This document shows, piece after piece, positions 34,306 to 38,086 of a stretch of 38,086 nt of DNA. The stretch's first letter is position 1. Every line of letters begins with the position of its first letter. Position numbers and translations under genes: made by a program. A model generated the notes under the pieces. It was not told the origin of the DNA and did not search any database. It saw nothing but the letters and a program-made list of their open reading frames with translations. Source of the DNA: Octopus bimaculoides (taxonomy: Eukaryota); contig NC_068982.1 in the NCBI RefSeq assembly GCF_001194135.2, positions 7,717,869 through 7,755,954 on the forward strand, given 5' to 3'.

Positions 34306-34352
34306 CATGACATATCTTACTAGTGCATTGCAACTTCTTCTTGTCACAAGTA
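34306..34352 (-). CDS. Exon 3: 47-nt exon (C)TCDKKKLQCTSKICH completing the half-VWC
   Basis: Acceptor ttttttccag, donor g|gtatgt, phase 2 to 1. Completes CNNC-TC motif. Confidence 0.88.
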
Positions 34353-34432
34353 CTGGAAAAAATGTTAGATATATATATATATAATATACATATATAGAAG
34401 CATGTATGTGTGTGTGCACGCACACACACACA

Positions 34433-34480
<48 letters not shown>

Positions 34481-34799
34481 GAAGAGGAGTCTGAATAAAT
34501 ACATAACTGCAAGAAACTCAGAACGGCAATGGATGAGAAGCAAAGAGAAAGAATAGCTTTAATTAATGATGATTATTAAATTCACAAAATGATTCAGAGC
34601 CAATGATAGCTAATCCAAAATTTGTGTTACAGTTTTATTTGTTACAATGCAAGATATGACAAATAATTAGTTATAATTAGTTATATTATATATATTGCAT
34701 ATATGTCTGTATATGAAATGTCAATAGCTAACTTTTAATTAAGAAGTCTTAACTTATAATTATTGTAAAGTTAGTACATTTAATATCTTCCTTCCCGTC

Positions 34800-35100
34800 A
34801 TTATCATCATCATGTCAGCATTTAACGTCCATTTTTCTTTGCTGGCATGGGTTGGACGGTTTGACAGGAGCTGTCAAGCTGGAGAGCTGCACCAGGCTCC
34901 AGTTGTCTGTTTTAGCAGGGTTTCTATAGCTGGATGCCTTTCCTAACACCAACCACTTTACAGAGTGTACTGGGTGCTTTTTATGTGACACCAGCACGGG
35001 TGCTTTTTACATGGTACCAGCACAGGTGCTTTCTATGAGGCTCCAGCACCCACAGGGTCACCAGGCAGCTTGCAAGACAAAGATCTCTTAGCTGAGAGAG
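34800..35100 (-). mobile_element. RTE 3'-UTR-type repeat copy
   Basis: (CAT)n head, shared core, short tandem units at 34975-35050. Confidence 0.75.
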
Positions 35101-35475
35101 AGAGAGAGAGAGTGGCACCAACTAAAGTGGCCAAGTGCCAAAGATAAGAGAAGTGGGCTCTAAACAATGTTATATTTCAATATAAAATGGAAGTAAAAAT
35201 GTAAAATTCCAGTTTTGATCTAAAAATAAATTTTCTGCATTGTTAAAATCCCTAAAATTCATTTTTTTAAAATGTTATACAACATTAAAGTTTTAAAATG
35301 GTTATTTCTCTATACATATATCTGTAAAATCATTCCATGAGTTTCTACTTTAAAATAATATTCTTTCAATCCAAATGAAAGAAAATAAATGTAAACAGGT
35401 CTTCTTTTCCCTGTAATAATTACAGTATAACCCTTAATATTCAATGAAATTCAGTCACACATTTTCTGTACTTAC

Positions 35476-35647
35476 CAGTTATTACACTGAATATAAACTG
35501 TAACACCATCTTCAATTTTATCATTAGCATGCACTACTTCCGCATCACTAGTGACACCTGAAATGCCATCTTTTTCAACCCAACCAACGACATCTCCCGG
35601 AATGAATCCCAATAATAATTCAATTTCACAAGGAGTGAGGGCACAAA
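35476..35647 (-). CDS. Exon 2: VCALTPCEIELLLGFIPGDVVGWVEK...VYIQCNN(C), N-part of half-VWC-like module
   Basis: Acceptor ttttcag, donor tg|gtaagt, 172 nt, phase 1 to 2, no stops. Confidence 0.88.
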
Positions 35648-36949
35648 CTGAAAAATATATTTAAATGGAAATGATACAAAACAGAAAAAAAAATGTAGTC
35701 AAGGATTATAAACAAATAACTGAAAAATAATTAAATAAATGAAATCATGGAAAACAAAAAGGCTGTATCAAAACATATGCATAAAATACTGTAGATAAAA
35801 CATTATCCAAAGAGACTGGTGGCAATCTATATTGGTAAAACTTGTGTTATGTGGAAACAATGTTTCAGACAGTGTCCTTCTTTAAAGTAGAGATGACAGG
35901 TAGGAAATAAAAGACAGAAGAGTTTCATATCCTTTATGGTTGAGAAACTGGTTGCAACTGATGAGTAACTCATGAGAATGTGAGCTTCATACATAGAAAT
36001 GAAGCAGTAGAGAAAGAGAAACTTGGTGAGAGAGAGGGGGAGGAAAGAGAAATAAAACAAAGAAGAAAAACTGAAAAGGAAAAATTTAAGTGGGAGGAAA
36101 GCTGAAGGATAAAAAAAGAGCAAAAGGTAAAATATTCATTCAAAACATTGACAAAAAAAGAACATTTTATATTTGAACTTGAGACCATGTTACCAATAGG
36201 TTTAAACACTTCCCTCACTCTTCTACTTCTACACCTCCTCATAGTTCTGTAAACCCTTTCATGTTCTTCAGCTTTCCCTCTTATCTCAATTTTCCCCTCC
36301 TCTTTTCATTTCCCTTTCATTCTCATTCTCATTCTCTCACCACGTTTCTCTCTCCTATCACTTCCTGTCTACATATGAAGCTCACATTCTTTTGTGTTCT
36401 TCACTAGCTGCCACTTTCTCAAACATACAGGACACATAATTCAGTTATCTTTCTTTTCTTTTTTTTCATTTTGTTGCCTTTTTCTGAAGAAGGACTTTCC
36501 AACACATTGGATATTCTACTCTTCATGGTAATTTTACTCTACTTTTTCTGGCACTTTTTAGAATAATTAATCCTTTACTTCAAGAATAAACCCATAAAAA
36601 TCATGTTAGGGATAGAAATAATACAGATGATAGCAAATATTCTTAGATGCAACTGATAGATAATTTTAAAGTGATGATAATTACATTTAATTACTGAAGC
36701 ATAATACCAAATATATGCTTCAGCAACGCCCCACTCTACTGTAGTCCTTCTCAGTAAAAAGGATCTTAGTCTTACAAGCTGTGTGGTGACCTACTAATGC
36801 TGGTGCCATGCAAAAACCATCCAGTACACACTGTAAAGGGGGTGGCATTATAAAGGGCATCCAGCCATAGAAACAATGCCAAAACTGACATTGGAGCTTG
36901 GTGCAGTCTTTAATCAAAACATTCTATGTTCATATAAACTATCTTATCA

Positions 36950-36951
<2 letters not shown>

Positions 36952-37004
<53 letters not shown>
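36952..37004. repeat. (CT)n microsatellite
   Basis: Direct reading. Compound CT/CA tracts also lie at about 3370-3550, 14409-14495 and 14640-14673. Confidence 0.95.
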
Positions 37005-37008
<4 letters not shown>

Positions 37009-37672
37009 GACACAAATCTGCATACAAATTTATTTGTAATTTTAAATATATGCATGTTGAATGTAATAATACGAGAAAAACATTTAACTTTGAAATGTTT
37101 ATTCCAGTCCAAAATTATGAAAAAGGAAAAGAAAATTAAAATATAACTATTCCACAAAATTATTAGCCATACAAATAGATTATAGGTTAATTTGAGATTG
37201 ATTGAGATGGCATATTGTTCTTTTAAAGGAAGCAGAGGCAGTGAGCCTGCCACAATCCATTGCATGCCAGACAAAATGACTACAAGCATATCTTCTGGCT
37301 TTTCATTCTGAGTTCAAATAGCAACAAGGTTGCTTTTACCTTTCATCCTTTCAGGATCAATGAAATGCATACCAGCTGAGCAGTGGGGGTCAATGTAATT
37401 GACTAGACCCAGCATTAAAATGTGCTTATAGTAGAAAAGATTTTAACAACAGGAAAGGTGATGCTCCAGCATGGCCTCACTTAAATGACAGAAACAAGTC
37501 AAAGAATAAAACAATAAAAGAATGCAAATATAATTAAATAAAATTGAGTGAGCAGAAAGAGTCACAATATTCCTGACAGCAACTTATATCGCTTTGTATA
37601 AAAGGTAAGCATTAGCCAAACGTGTTACAAGTATAAACAAAACTAGAGACAAAATAACAAATGGTGACATAC

Positions 37673-38086
37673 CAGGAGTGATAATAGCTGAAGGAGTAGT
37701 TGTGGCAACAGTATAATTCATCACTGTGACATTTCTAGTGGAAACAGGAGGGAACGGTGGAAGAGTAAGGATAATTTTAGTTACTGGTTTTACAAAGTAT
37801 ATAACTGTTGACGCTGTTATGCCAGTGGTACTTGTAGTTGGTGCTGTGGATGTCGATGGTACAGAACCTGTTGTAGTTGGGGCAGCGGTGGTGGATGGTA
37901 CAGCACTTGTTGTAGTTGGGGCAGTGGTGGTGGATTTTACAGTAGTTGTAGTTGGGGCAGTGGTGATGGGTGGTACAGCACTTGTAGTTGGGGCAGTCGT
38001 GGTGGATTTTACAGTAGTTGTTGTAGTTGGGGCAGTGGTGGTGGTTGGTACAGCACTTGTTGTAGTTGGGGCAGTGGTGGTAGATT
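37673..38086 (-). CDS. Exon 1 in window (runs off the edge): mucin-type Thr/Pro-rich tandem repeat, STTTAPTTTSAVP/TTTTAPTTTTTVK...IITP
   Basis: Open frame of 137 codons dominated by T/P/S/A/V. Ends cct g|gtatgt (phase 1 donor at 37672). Confidence 0.9.
37800..38086 (-). repeat. Coding minisatellite, 36-39-bp units alternating two types
   Basis: Recurrent gtagttggggcagtggtgg on the + strand. Encodes TTTAPTT plus SAVP or TVK. Confidence 0.92.

Larger units (their letters stand above)
2310..38086 (-). other. Gene span (5'-partial): SCO-spondin/hemolectin/mucin-like secreted multidomain glycoprotein, 17 coding exons in window
   Basis: Manual exon chaining. All introns are GT-AG with compatible phases. 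Summed CDS is 2690 nt = 2 nt + 896 codons including TAA. Domain order is PTS-hVWC-TSR-TSR-TIL-hVWC-TSR-hVWC-TSR-TSR-TSR-TIL-VWC-CTCK. Confidence 0.92.

Noticed and set aside
35958-35978. CTGATGAG hammerhead-like core
   Set aside because: No GAAA or stem I partner at a workable position. It is part of the foldback arm.

Overview
AT-rich, repeat-dense eukaryotic genomic DNA. The repeat landscape (RTE-LINE 3' ends with (GAT)n tails, tRNA-headed SINEs) resembles what I know of octopus, so a coleoid cephalopod is my inference, not a verified assignment. The window holds the 3' part of one large minus-strand gene. I rebuilt it by hand as 17 GT-AG exons (38086 down to 2310) whose phases chain without a frameshift: 2690 nt, 895 codons plus stop. 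Most of these exons are missing from the ORF track. The encoded C-terminal protein is: Thr/Pro-rich mucin (PTS) repeat - half-VWC - TSR - TSR - TIL - half-VWC - TSR - half-VWC - TSR - TSR - TSR - TIL - VWC - C-terminal cystine knot. This is a secreted SCO-spondin/hemolectin/gel-forming-mucin-like glycoprotein whose 5' end lies beyond the window. The introns contain a decayed APE-RT LINE with nested insertions, many 5'-truncated RTE copies, tRNA-SINEs, a Penelope-like fragment (YVDD plus GIY-YIG), hAT, TA-flanked and TTAA-flanked MITEs, microsatellites and three N gaps. The best leads are the mucin-spondin hybrid architecture with unusual cysteine counts, two hammerhead-ribozyme-like motifs, a CpG-rich promoter-like island inside an intron, and several intronic foldbacks. 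I found no clearly new biological system and no prokaryotic features or CRISPR.
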